DNA of 34,605 bases from Hydrurus foetidus (lineage: Eukaryota). The DNA is taken from NCBI GenBank assembly GCA_900617105.1, contig UYFQ01000535.1, forward strand, positions 1-34,605, given 5' to 3'. The first letter of the stretch is position 1. The number at the start of each line of letters is the position of its first letter. The notes beneath the pieces were generated by a model. It had not been told where the DNA came from, searched no databases, and saw only the letters and a list, made by a program, of their open reading frames with translations. This document shows positions 20,355 to 31,442 of the stretch, piece by piece. The position numbers were made by a program, and so were the translations under genes.

Positions 20355-20526
20355 TGTGGCCTAGAAGTGTCTAGACTAGGAAGGGAAAAGGTCTTGCTTA
20401 GGGTTAGGTGCAAGAGGAAAACAACTGGCAAACGCTAGGAAACATCCTAATGCACGTCTAGAAGTCTACCTAGAAGCCTAGAAGTCTACGGAATTTAGGT
20501 ATACCCAGAGACCCCAGACGGCTATA
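20355..20526 (-). repeat. Isolated LTR remnant of the same family as the 27862-28049 LTR
   Basis: The reverse complement aligns along its length with 27862-28049 (e.g. GGAAAACAACTGGCAAACGCTAGGAAAC). Termini TATAGCC...GGCCACA on the minus strand. No TSD found. Confidence 0.75.
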
Positions 20527-20534
20527 GTAGGAGT

Positions 20535-20825
20535 TGATTGGGTAGCAAAACAGACATTTGAAACAGAGGCTGAAATGTGAGGCCGCACCAATCATAACAT
20601 TGGTAGACGCTTCACGTACTTGATACGTGCGCATGATGGTTACAATGTCAAAATGAGTTTAATGAACAAGCTGCATGAAGAGCTGTGCGTTCTTGAAGTT
20701 GGCGATGGTTCTGAACATCAGCACAACGATCTCGAAATAGCACCCGAGAGAGGTCTGAGTAAGGAACAGAAGAGGATAACGCTTGAATGCTATGCTAGAG
20801 ACTGTGGTGATCCGTCCGATTGTCC
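20535..20825 (+). pseudogene. Possible decayed DNA-transposase N-terminal fragment (MULE-like)
   Basis: Reads ...LCVLEVGDGSEHQHNDLEIAPERGLSKEQKRITLEC; the HxH followed by RGL..EQK is reminiscent of MULE DNA-binding regions. Flanked by degenerate inverted repeat arrays. Recognition only. Confidence 0.3.
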
Positions 20826-21171
20826 GAGTCGGCCATGACCCTAGAAGTCGTTAAGATGTCCTCCTTTTTAGAGTTTTCCCTTCATTTTTATAATTCGATT
20901 CCGTTCGAAAAAGTTTTTTCTCTTTTAAAGTTGTGGTTACAGGTTTAAAGTGGTGTTTTCTTCGAAAAAGTCTTGATTGTTGGAAATAGTGGCGAGTTCG
21001 TCGAAAATAGTCGCAACTTCTCTAATAGTTCTTGTTCTACTTTTAAAGTTCTAGATTATCTGAAATAGTTTTTTTTCTCTCAAAAAAGTTTTTTCTTCCT
21101 TTCTTATAGTTTCCCGTTATTAGGGTGCCATACTAAATCAATTGTGGGGGGGCGCGTATCAACGTGCCAGG

Positions 21172-21495
21172 TGTTGGATTATCCGGGAAAAGACACTGTA
21201 GTAGATGTTGTGTGTGTATGGATCCCGACGGCCAGCGGCACGCACCCTGTGGGGTCGGGTCTGGGGGACCGTCGGTTGCGTGGGCTGATACGAGCCATTC
21301 ACCCGATGTTGTGACTGCTTTGGATACTTAGTGCGAGTGACTTGAGATTGTAAGAGCTTCGTTGCCGTCTTGACTGATGACGGTGCACAAGTTTAAATAT
21401 CAAGTGATTACACAACACGTCTATTTCACGAGTATTGGGTCGCCGGTTCAACTTACGCGGAGTTGCTAAGCATCCGGATTCTGAGAATCCCAACA
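21172..21495 (+). repeat. 5' LTR of copia-2 (324 bp)
   Basis: TGTTGG...CCAACA termini; repeated at 26469-26789. Confidence 0.97.
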
Positions 21496-21520
21496 TATTC
21501 AAACCAATCAGCCCATCGAG

Positions 21521-24500
21521 ATGCCGCCAAAGAAGCAAGAGGAACCAAAATCAGGCACTGAAGCGTGCATCCTGAAAATAGGTCGCTACAACAACGTGGT
21601 GCAGTGGAGGGAGGAAATGCAGGATCAAGCATGCGCACTATACGGCATGACTGGCATGTTCTTCACCACCAATGCAAGCCACTTCATCCCGTATCCTCGC
21701 AAGGAGGATTACAATCCCGCCGTTCCACCGACGGAACAAGGTGCAGACGAAGCAGGGACCGACGATGACGAGGACCCTGATGAGAACCCGGTACTGGGAC
21801 CCGTGGTTGCCCCTGTTGTGCTCCCGGCTGCACTTATCGAGAGACTGAGATTGAATGCAATCGAATCACGCCGAAAAGCCGTAGAACTGCAAAAAGTGGA
21901 TGAGCAGAAGCTCTGGCCGTTGATGTGGTCGAGGATGTCCACAGGGTCAAAGTCCAAGGTTCGAGAGGAACCAGGGTACGAGACAACGAGAATGCGACTC
22001 GATAGCGTGAAGCTGTGGGAGTACATCAGGAAAAGTCACCTCACTCATATCTATGGTGAGGATGATTCAATGCGAGCGGTTAACATCCACGAACAGACTA
22101 TTAGGTACAACTACCTTAGACAAGGTGACCGCGAGATCATCGGCGAGTTCAAAACACGGTTCGACAACCAGGTGCTAGCCAACCGTGGGGTAGGTATGGC
22201 AGAAGTAGAGGAGTCGATTCGTGCAATCGACTTCTTGAGCAAATTGGACCCCAAAAGGTATACCGGTATGCTCACTGTCATGCGTAACAATGCTGTACAA
22301 AACCTCCCGAATAGCTACCCTCCTACATTAGCCGGAGCGTACAGGGTAGCGTCGTCATGGACGAACTCGAGCGGGGTGGTCCCCCTTGGCGGCGAGCGAC
22401 ATTCCGCATTTTTGATAGATTTGGCAATGCCGGCGAAGGAAAAAGTCGCGAGAAAGAAGGCGAAAGGGAAGACTGCAACACCGAAAAAGAAACCATCGTC
22501 GTCAGTGACTTGTTTCGTATGCGGCGGGACAGGCCATTACGCTCGAGATTGCGAAGAGCGCAAAGTCAGCGAACAAGCGCTCTACGTCGATACAGAAGAA
22601 GATCTCGACGAAGACGAGACGGTAGACGAGACGGCGTTCGCCACGACGACTGAAGTCGTGCTGTTTTCCAAGAGTCACGTCTTGCTCGACAACCAGGCGT
22701 CGGTGAACGTCTTTTGTAACCCGAATCTACTTACCGATATCAGGAAATTCAAACGGGGGATTCTCCTGAACGGAGTACAGCTCGAGGCAGATGCAGTTCG
22801 GGTGGACATGGAAGGAGATTTCGGCGAAGTGGGGCCAGTCTACTTCAGTAAGGGAGCTACGGCGAACATCTTGTCATTCGCTGCGATGGTCGATCGCGGA
22901 GCCGACATTCGGTATGATCACACTGCAGGGAGGTTCACCCTGAAGCCAGCTGGGAGCCGCAACATCTACAGCTTCTGCAGGCAACCCGTGCCTGGATCTA
23001 ACGGCAGATTTTATGTGTGCGACGTCCGCTCGATGGTGAGAGCGACGCCAAGCCATCATCCAATCCGGACAGCTCTCGTGACAACAGTGAGTGACAATAT
23101 GGCACGGTATACGAAGAGAGAAATTGCATCGGCTGGTCGAGCGAGAGAGTTGCTAGCACGAATGGGATACCCGCCAGTAGAGATGGCAATCGCCATGATC
23201 CGCGGGGGGAACAACTTCGACGTGTCGGAGAACGATTTCAGGATAGCTCATTCCATATGGGGGAAATGCTTGGCGAGCATGAGGGGGCGAACTCATAAGA
23301 AATCATCGCCAGTTGCTGATATCTCGCTAACACCTGCGCTGGTGCAGGTGGAGCAAGTTTTGGCTGTGGACATTGTCTTCATAGACACCACAGCCATACT
23401 TATTGCCGTATCTACCCCTCTGGATCTCACCATGGCTTGAAGCCTCATTCGAGTCGATTTTGGCAAAACCTCTCGAGCTGCTGCCGTGGTGAAGGGGGCG
23501 CTAGATGAAATGATATGTGTGCTCAAATCTAAGAACTTTGCAGTGCAAGTCATCATGAGCGACGGGGAAGGTGCCATGGGCAAAATTCGCCTCGAGTTGA
23601 TGGCGCTGGGGATCGAGCTGGATATCAGCGCAGCGGGCGGCCACGTTGCCAGAATCGAGCGGCGCATTCAAATGGTGAAGGAACGTGCTCGAGCACACAT
23701 TTGCGGTAGGCTTCCATTCACTCTAACCGACCTGGGTAATACCTATCTAGTACTCTACTGTGTATCTCGTATCAACTGCCAGCAGTCAGGGTCTAGGCCG
23801 GGGGGACTTTCACCGCGGGAATTGTACTCCGGACGGAGGGTTGACGGGAACTTGGACTTTCGTGCGGCGTTCGGTGACTACGCAGTGTGTACAGTACCGA
23901 AGACTGATAACACTATGACATCACGTACCGAAGACTGTATCGTTATGCTTCCTACTCACAATAGGACCGGATCGTTCAAGATGCTTTCACTGTCAAGCGG
24001 CAAGATCGTCACTAGGGATCAATTCAAGATCCTCCCAATGCCACAATCAGTCGTGAACACACTGAACGCGATGGCATCGAGAGAAGGGAAGAAAATTACC
24101 AAATCAAGCGTGCATGTATTTGATGAATTGCTGTTTGCTAATAGTCTCGACAAGTCTAATATGCCTCGTTTCATTACCAACCCCCCCACTCAGGACACTG
24201 TCGAAACAGCAGCGGTGGGACCGCAAGTCGACCAACCCCAGCCAACAATAGCCGACTTGCCCACAGCAGACAACGTTCTTGAGATCCCACAATCCGAAGT
24301 GGGGGGGGGGGTATCGATACCGGAGCATAGAATTTTGGAATCTGAAGAACTGACTGGGACACACACTGGAATCGAATCACCTCCACCTCCCTCTACCCTC
24401 TCTTCTTCCGACGTACGTACACCCGTACCATCACCCGTACCGGAACTCCCGGCGACGGACTCAACAGAGGCACAGATCAGCACAGTGGCATTAGAGCAGT

Positions 24501-26263
24501 CGACGCAATCAGAGGGAAGAGTCATCGAGTTCTTTCGCAGTGGAGAAGGTGCTTTCGCCACAACGAATTCACCCGTGCGACCTCTCTCGACAGCACACAG
24601 CATTGAGGAAGTGATGAAGAGACATCGCATCGAGATGGGAAGAAACGACACGAGCAACATCAGTGTTCGCGAAGCACTGAAGAGCAGGGGCGATGAAGCG
24701 AAGAGGGTAATCGTCCAGGAGCTGAAACAGATGCTCGACAAAAAAGTGTGGGTTCCAGTGTTGGCATCGAAACTCACCGCGCCGGAGCGAACAGCGATTA
24801 TTCGCTCGTCCATGTTCATCAAGAGGAAGAACAACCCGGACGATAGCTTTCAGAAATTGAAGGCGAGATTGGTGGCTGGGGGAGACCAGCAGAACAAGGA
24901 GCTATACGACGATCTGTCGTCACCAACGGTATCCACCAGTGCAGTGTTTACGATGTTGGCGGTGGCTGCGCACGAGAATAGGCACGTGGCAGTTGTAGAC
25001 ATCAGCGGAGCGTTTCTAAACGCAGACATGACTCTGGGGGTGCCAGTGCACATGCGCCTGGACCGCACCATGTCAGACTTCGTGACGGAGATGGACGGTA
25101 GGTATCGCAAGTACATCAACACTGGAGGGGGGATCATAGTACAACTGAAGAAAGCACTCTACGGGTGCGTAGAGAGTTCGGGATTATGGTACGACAACCT
25201 CCAATCAACTATGACCAATCTGGGATACGAAAGGAACGGGTGCGACAAATGCGTCTTCAACAGGGTGGGGCTAGACGGCCACCAGTGTACAGCCGCGATC
25301 CATGTGGACGTTCTGCTCATCATGAGCAAGAGCAGAGAGTCCATGTCGCACTTGATCGACGGGCTTAGAAAAAGGTACGGTATCATCACACTTGCACGTG
25401 GCCCTACCATCAATTACTTAGGTATGTCCATAGACATGCACGTACGCGGACAAGCCATGATCACCATGAAGGGATACTCGGACAAGATCGTCAAGACATC
25501 GGGGGTGCAGGGGGCAGCGAAGTCGCCAGCAACAGATGGGCTGTTCGAGGCGAGAGAGGGTGCAGCCATGGTGAGTGAGCCCACCAGGGTATGGTTCCAT
25601 AAGGTGGTGGCGATGATACTGTACCTGGCGAAGAGGACCAAGCCGGAGTGCCTCACAGCGGTGGCCTACCTGGCTACAAGGGTGAACAAGTGCACAGTGG
25701 ACGACGTGGAGAAACTGCAGAGATTATTGCGCTATATTCACTTCACTCGGGACGCCGGAGTGGTGATTAGGCCGGGTGCAGGCGGACTGTCGGTGAGGCT
25801 ATTCGTGGACGCGTCATACGGGGTGCACAGCGACGGGAGGTCACACACAGGGAGTTGCGTGGTCATTGGCGATGTAGGTCCATTGCTGATCATCGAAACA
25901 ACTGATCGTCACCAAGTCGAGCACGAGCTTGTCGGACTGTCCGACTCAGCCAATCAAGGCATCCACGTCAGGAGTTTCCTCACCGCGCAGGGGTACACCA
26001 TGGGTCCAGTCACCATATATCAAGACAACCAGTCGTGCATGGCACTGGTGGAGCGCGGGAGGTCGGGTGCAGAGCGGACGCGGCACATTCACATCCGGTA
26101 CTTCTGGATCAAAGAGCGGGTGGACACCGGTGAAGTGCGAGTGGAGTACCTGCCAAGTGCGGACATGTACGCGAACGTGCTGACGAAGCCGCTCCAGGGA
26201 AGCCAGTTCAAGAGAGAGAGAGACGGTCTGACGGGATGGACCGAGGGGACCATGGCGAATTAG
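21521..26263 (+). pseudogene. Copia Gag-Pol with an in-frame stop, an RT active-site change and RNase H deletions
   Basis: ORFs 21521-23440 and 23486-26263 share one frame and are split by TGA at 23438-23440 in the integrase. HVDVL replaces HVDDL (25310-25312). Compensating deletions at ~25878 and ~25924. Confidence 0.93.
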
Positions 26264-26468
26264 GGGTGCGACCCCGAAGGGGGTGCCACCATAGTGCGGA
26301 GAAACTTTAGATTAGACACCACTGCTTTGCGAATCAATTCATTCTTATTTTACTGCTGTCTGCCATGCCAAACAATTTAACGCAGCTGCATGCTATGCAA
26401 TAAAATTCACTGCTGCGTTGAAATAAACTGTTTGATTCATTTATCATCTACTGTGTGCCTGTTGGGTG

Positions 26469-26789
26469 TGTTAAATTATCCGGGAAAAGACACTGTAGTA
26501 GATGTGTGTGTATGGATCCCGACGGCCAGCGGCACGCACCCTGTGGGGTCGGGTCTGGGGGACCGTCGGTTGCGTGGGCTGATACGAGCCATTCACCCGA
26601 TGTTGTGACTGCTTTGGATACTTAGTGCGAGTGACTTGAGATTGTAAGAGCTTCGTTGCCGTCTTGACTGATGACGGTGCACAAGTTTAAATATCAAGTG
26701 ATTACACAACACGTCTATTTCACGAGTATTGGGTCGCCGGTTCAACTTACGCGGAGTTGCTAAGCATCCGGATTCTGAGAATCCCAACA
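26469..26789 (+). repeat. 3' LTR of copia-2 (321 bp)
   Basis: Differs from the 5' LTR by GG>AA at LTR positions 5-6 and a 3-bp indel in a TG run. Confidence 0.97.
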
Positions 26790-26794
26790 CCAGG

Positions 26795-27126
26795 TGGGGG
26801 ATAAAACTAAACTGTAAACTGTATACTGTATACTGTATATACAGTCATGTGTCAGTTAGATACGTCATTTGAAGGTATGGCATTCATCCTATTTAGATGA
26901 TCAGTTCATGCGTACAGGACATTTTATGTGACGTAGCATTGATTATGGCAGTAGTCCCCCTTTCATCGGATCTGTGACCCCCAAAATGATAGTCCCCCCA
27001 AAATGATTATCCCCCCTAAAACCATTCTGGGACTGCAGGAAGACGGTCATATCCCTGCAATTCTAGCTCCGTATTATTTGTCATCTCTTATATGGAGGTG
27101 GAACCACCATAAAGGTTTATCCCCCA
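26795..27126. mobile_element. Possible MITE (11-bp inverted ends)
   Basis: TGGGGGATAAA (26795-26805) / TTTATCCCCCA (27116-27126); internal CCCCCAAAATGAT tandem and ACTGTAT microrepeat. Confidence 0.4.
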
Positions 27127-27861
27127 ATTGAAGATATACTTTAAAACTGAAAAAAATACTTAAACGTGTGTAAAAATACTAAAACATGTAATGTTCTACT
27201 ACAAGATTTGTATAGTCAAATGTGTGTAACTTCTACTATTTCAATAAAAGCTGTACTAAAAACAATGAAATGATACTATTTAGATAGACCATTGTACTAA
27301 TACCTGTGAGTCCGTTGTTGATCTACCAAATGATAGATATCATCCGAGTTTGTTTCGTGCGCAGCCAATCAAGGCTACGTCAACAAATCAAGGCTTTTCT
27401 AACAGCTGTAATTATCTACTCATTTCTTAACCCTAACCCTGACCGCCCCTGAGCCATTCTAATCCTCACTGAAACCAGATGAAAAACGATATGACTTCTG
27501 CGTGATCACCCGAAGTTCCTATTGTGAAATTCAAAAAAAAAGTAGAAATAAAAGTGCAGCATCATGAAATTAGTATTGCGCACCAATTTAAGTACGACTT
27601 CCATGAAATAGTAGTGTGAGTCAGACTGTGGAGTGAAGCGAGCTACCTGTTGGCTGCGGAAGCGCAAAGGAAAGACTGGCTGATGGAAGTGGTCTCGGAA
27701 GACGTGTTTACTTACAACGATCAAGTAGTAAAACAACTGGCGATGATATCAGAGAAGACAACCATCAAAGAAGCAAAGCAAAGCATCCAGTGTGCATGAA
27801 ATGATGATCGCCGAAGTGCGAATATATTTAGCGAATAGTCAAGTCGGCGATTGGGCAACGG

Positions 27862-28978
27862 TGTAGCCGTCTGGGGTCCTAGGGACCTTGGACCCGATTC
27901 TGTCTCTAGGTACACCTAAACTCCGTAGACTTCTAGGTAGACTTCTAGCCACGCATAGGACGTTTCCTAGCGTTTGCCAGTTGTTTTCCTATCGTACCTA
28001 ACCTAAGCAAGACCTTTCTCCATCCTAGCCTAGACCCCTCTAGGCCGCAGTGACGTCACTCAGCCCCTCCATCTTAGTTTCCACCGTCGTTTTCGTAGTT
28101 GCCATCGTCCTTTTCATTCATCACCGCCCAGAAACCATCGTATCGCTCCACTGGAGGGCTTCCAAGAAGTCCCACTCCTTCGTGATCGTTTATTTCTGGC
28201 CGAACTTCGTGCTATCCGCGAGGAAATCGAGAATCGCTGCCCAACTCCGGAGAATACTTGGGCCGACGACGACCCGAATCGTCCGCCAGACAACTCTCCG
28301 TCGCAGCAATCCATCGTATCCTCGACTCCTACTTCGAGAAATCCATCGTCCGTTGGTTTCCCTCAATTAGTTAGCCGAGCAGTAGCGAGTTCATCGCATC
28401 TAGTCGCCTCTAACCCCCAACCTTTTCACTCTACACACCAACACAACCCCCGAGTTAACTCGGTAGCTTCTACTTTTCAGCATATAAGATCGGCTTTTAA
28501 GCCTAGACCAGTTGTTCAGCGAGTACTTTTGAGCTCGCTACGCTGTATACCAAGGTTTCCCCCAGAAGCCTTGCAAAATTTGCTTGAAACCCACGATTTC
28601 TTGTCTGTTTCATCTGATTTTAATTCACTTTCTGCACCGACTTATACGCCGAAGTTCCCGGTGGTAATTCCAACCACCTCAAACCCAAGCAATCAACTTG
28701 GTTGCAAAAACATTCCGAGAGTGCATCTCGCTGAGCTTGAATCCTCGCTTGACGAGTTGGCGGAATCGCTGTTTCCATTCGAAACAGACCCTGTGAGTCG
28801 CCAGGCGTTGGCACGAAGTCGGGAGGACATATCGTGGAGAGCCAAACGAAGATAGAGGTTTTGGTCAGTATATTCATTTTTAAGAATTAGAAACTGGCAC
28901 GGAGGCCACAAAGCATAAATCCATGTTGAACATCATTTCTACCTGCCGCACAATAATAAGATCTCAGACGTCATGCGC
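27862..28978 (+). mobile_element. 5' part of an LTR element (LTR 27862-28049 plus internal region), interrupted at 28979 by a chromovirus
   Basis: TGTAGCC...GGCCGCA termini; homologous to 20355-20526; shares GGGACCTTGGACCCG with the LTR at 28979-29176; followed by a long stop-free frame. Confidence 0.6.
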
Positions 28979-31442
28979 TGTGGCTCTGGATGGGGAAACG
29001 AAAAGGGAAAGTCTAAAGGAGGTGGTTAGTTACAGCGGGGAAAGCTAGAAGCTAGGGTTAACTTCTACGTGGAGGCTGTAAGTGGCTACGACGATACAAC
29101 AGACTGTAGTGTACGGTGGGTAGTGTACCGTAGTACTATCCGGTAGGATCGGGACCTTGGACCCGGAACTACCACACTACCCCCACCTATCCTTCTTTCT
29201 CAAAGAAAATCTAAACTACACTAAACTATGGCGAAACCCCCTGTTTCTTTGTTTGAGAATATTTATATTTGACTAATAATATGGATGATAACGGAAAACG
29301 AAAATGAAAAACATGTACAATAAATACAAAGGTGCATGTATATACAAAAGAATTTCGAAGGGGTTTCGGAGATTTTGTGAAAGATAAGGATAAGGGAGTA
29401 TATACAAAAACAGAATCGTTCTGTTGTACGAGGGTCAATCGTAATTATGTCAGATTTTTACTGACTAAAAAACCATTAAAAATCCCTCGTGAGGTCAAAA
29501 ATTAGGCCAAAAAATCTTCAAAAGATATTACGTTTGAGTTCAAACCTCGGTGGTTGATCCCTCAAGATTCCTGGGAACAAAACGTGACATGTTATTGTTC
29601 CTCAAGTATACATGGAGTGCGTCACAGAGCCGGAGATTCTTCCAAGGCTCCCATGTATTATGTGAGTCATCATAGTTGAGCCATTTCACATGGAACGACA
29701 TGGATGTCGGTTTCTTTGAATCACCCGAGTGATTAAGAACTTTCTCAACGAAATACTCCATGTAATCGCGACGTGCTGTATCAGCAGGTAAGCCCAGCGA
29801 AGGGTCATAATTGAATATTTTAAGATTTGTTACATGTACACTATTGTGCTTGTGTGTTATTAAGTTCGCGAGAACATACTCGGATCCCTCAAAGGATACA
29901 ACACGGAAAGGCCCTTTCCATTTAGTGTGTAATCGAGTAGGAGGGTGTTCTTGTTTTACCAAGACATAAGACCCTATAGGGAACACTGTCACACCTTGTG
30001 TGGACTTTTTGTGTTTTTCATCACATTTTTGAAGTGAGTCGATTGCTGCATCGAGGACTTTGTCCTGTATTTCGATTAAATCAGCGATGTATGTTGAATT
30101 TGAAGATGTTATCATTGGTAACAAATGAGGCGTTAAAATCCCTCGATTCAAATCAAGTTTTTCCGCGAATAGGGTAGATGCCGGGCTTGCACCCGGACGT
30201 TTATTAACTGAACTATTTATAATTCGTTGTACGGACGGGATGCATTTTGCATAATGGACAAGAGACGGTGTATCGAACACAAGTCCTTTTAAATATCTAC
30301 TTACCTCTTTGTTGACTCGTTCAACAATCGCATCCTCCTGAGAGGAGTAAGATAGAGTGAGGTTATGGGGCGTACCCGTAAGATCCAAGAACTCTTTTAT
30401 GAGATCATTAGCGAAATGGGATCCACGATCCGATCTTATCATGTTTGGCGAGCCGAATCGACCAAAATGTGTTAATAAACTCTCTGCTGCAGATTCAGCA
30501 GTAACGTCCTTACACCAGTACATTTCTGTCCACCTGGAGAAGGCGTCAATTATGACGAGGATGTACCCCTTATCAGGGATGGGACCCACATAGTCAATAT
30601 TCAACGTATCGAAAATTGTGTGAGTGAAGTTGAAAAATGAGCCGCATTGATTTTCGCATCCTCCGCACTTAGTTTTTGACAACAGGGGCAGTTACGTATG
30701 TACGAACGTACGTGCTGTTTCACATTTTCCACACTTGGTTCAGACTGTAAAGTCGAGTGAGGGTACGGTCGACACCGTTGTGACCAACAATTGCATTGTG
30801 GCACATTTCAATATGAAGTATTTGTTCATCTGTGGCCGGTTCGATAACCGTTAAAGCCGCCACACTTGTTGAAGAAGAAGAAGATGATGATGGTAAAACA
30901 TCTCTGGTAATTGTCAACGGTAGAGCAATCTCAGTAAGGTTCGGACATAAACGTGACAGCGCATCGGCTAATTCGTTATCCGATCCCTTGATAAAATGAA
31001 CGGTGAAATCGAGTTCTTGCATTGCAATGAACCACCGTGCTACCATCGAAGTAGGGTTTTGTTTCATATATGTCAAATTCATATGATCAGTATGAAAAGT
31101 GAATTTTCTGTCTCGAATAAGATAATCGAGTTGTTGGCAGCAATAAAAGATAGCGTTAGCTTCCTTTTGTATTGTTGACCAATTTATCTGGGATGCAGAT
31201 AGAGATTTGTTAATAAAAGCGATTGGTTTCCATTCGTCATTAATGACTTGGAATAATACACCACCGATTCCATAATCAGATGCATCAGTATATAATCTGA
31301 TGGGTGAGGTTTCATCGATGAAATACATTAAAGGACAACGCGATACCGCGATTTTAGTCTCATTAAATGCTAAAGTCTCTTCGAGGGTCCAATATATGGG
31401 GGAACGTTTAAGTGCCTTTGGGTCGACCATCATTTGAAGTGG
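28979..31442 (-). mobile_element. 3' half of a Ty3/gypsy chromovirus (RNase H, integrase, chromodomain, PPT, 3' LTR), cut at 31443 by another element
   Basis: 3' LTR 29176-28979 (TGTGG...CCACA on the minus strand) is preceded by the purine tract GAGAAAGAAGGATAGGTGGGGGTAG (29201-29177). Domain order RH-IN-CHD. Confidence 0.9.
29540..31442 (-). pseudogene. Gypsy Pol remnant: RNase H, HHCC plus DDE integrase, GPY/F motif, chromodomain; two frameshifts
   Basis: LYTDASDYGIGGVL, IQKEANAI, HTDHMNL, NELADALSR; CHNAIVGH...CPCC; NIDYVGP, SDRGSHF, VERVN; KWKGPFRV; YFVEKVL...VKWLNYDDSHNTWEP. Frame changes near 30725 and 30620. Confidence 0.93.

Larger units (their letters stand above)
21172..26789 (+). 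mobile_element. Full-length but inactivated Ty1/copia LTR retrotransposon (copia-2), same clade as copia-1
   Basis: LTRs 21172-21495 and 26469-26789; TSD CCAGG at 21167-21171 and 26790-26794; Gag-Pol colinear with copia-1. Confidence 0.98.

Noticed and set aside
23438..23440. TGA as a programmed gag-pol readthrough site
   Set aside because: It lies inside the integrase core, copia-1 has a sense codon there, and the copy has other inactivating lesions.
24190..24834. Antisense ORFs within the copia elements (e.g. 214 aa here, 171 aa at 14098-14613)
   Set aside because: Shadow frames of the sense ORF with no motifs and no consistent conservation between the two copies.
27428..27445. Telomere-like TAACCC repeats
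   Set aside because: Only two perfect units; compatible with chance.
27560..27830. Decayed coding-like stretch (…LWSEASYLLAAEAQRKDWLMEVV…)
   Set aside because: Interrupted by stops and no family recognised, so it cannot be supported.
29105..29181. Apparent 77-bp LTR or inverted-LTR structure (TGTAGTG…CACTAC)
   Set aside because: Alignment with the LTR at 31443-31650 shows the real LTR is 29176-28979 in normal direct geometry. The short repeat is internal or overlaps the PPT.
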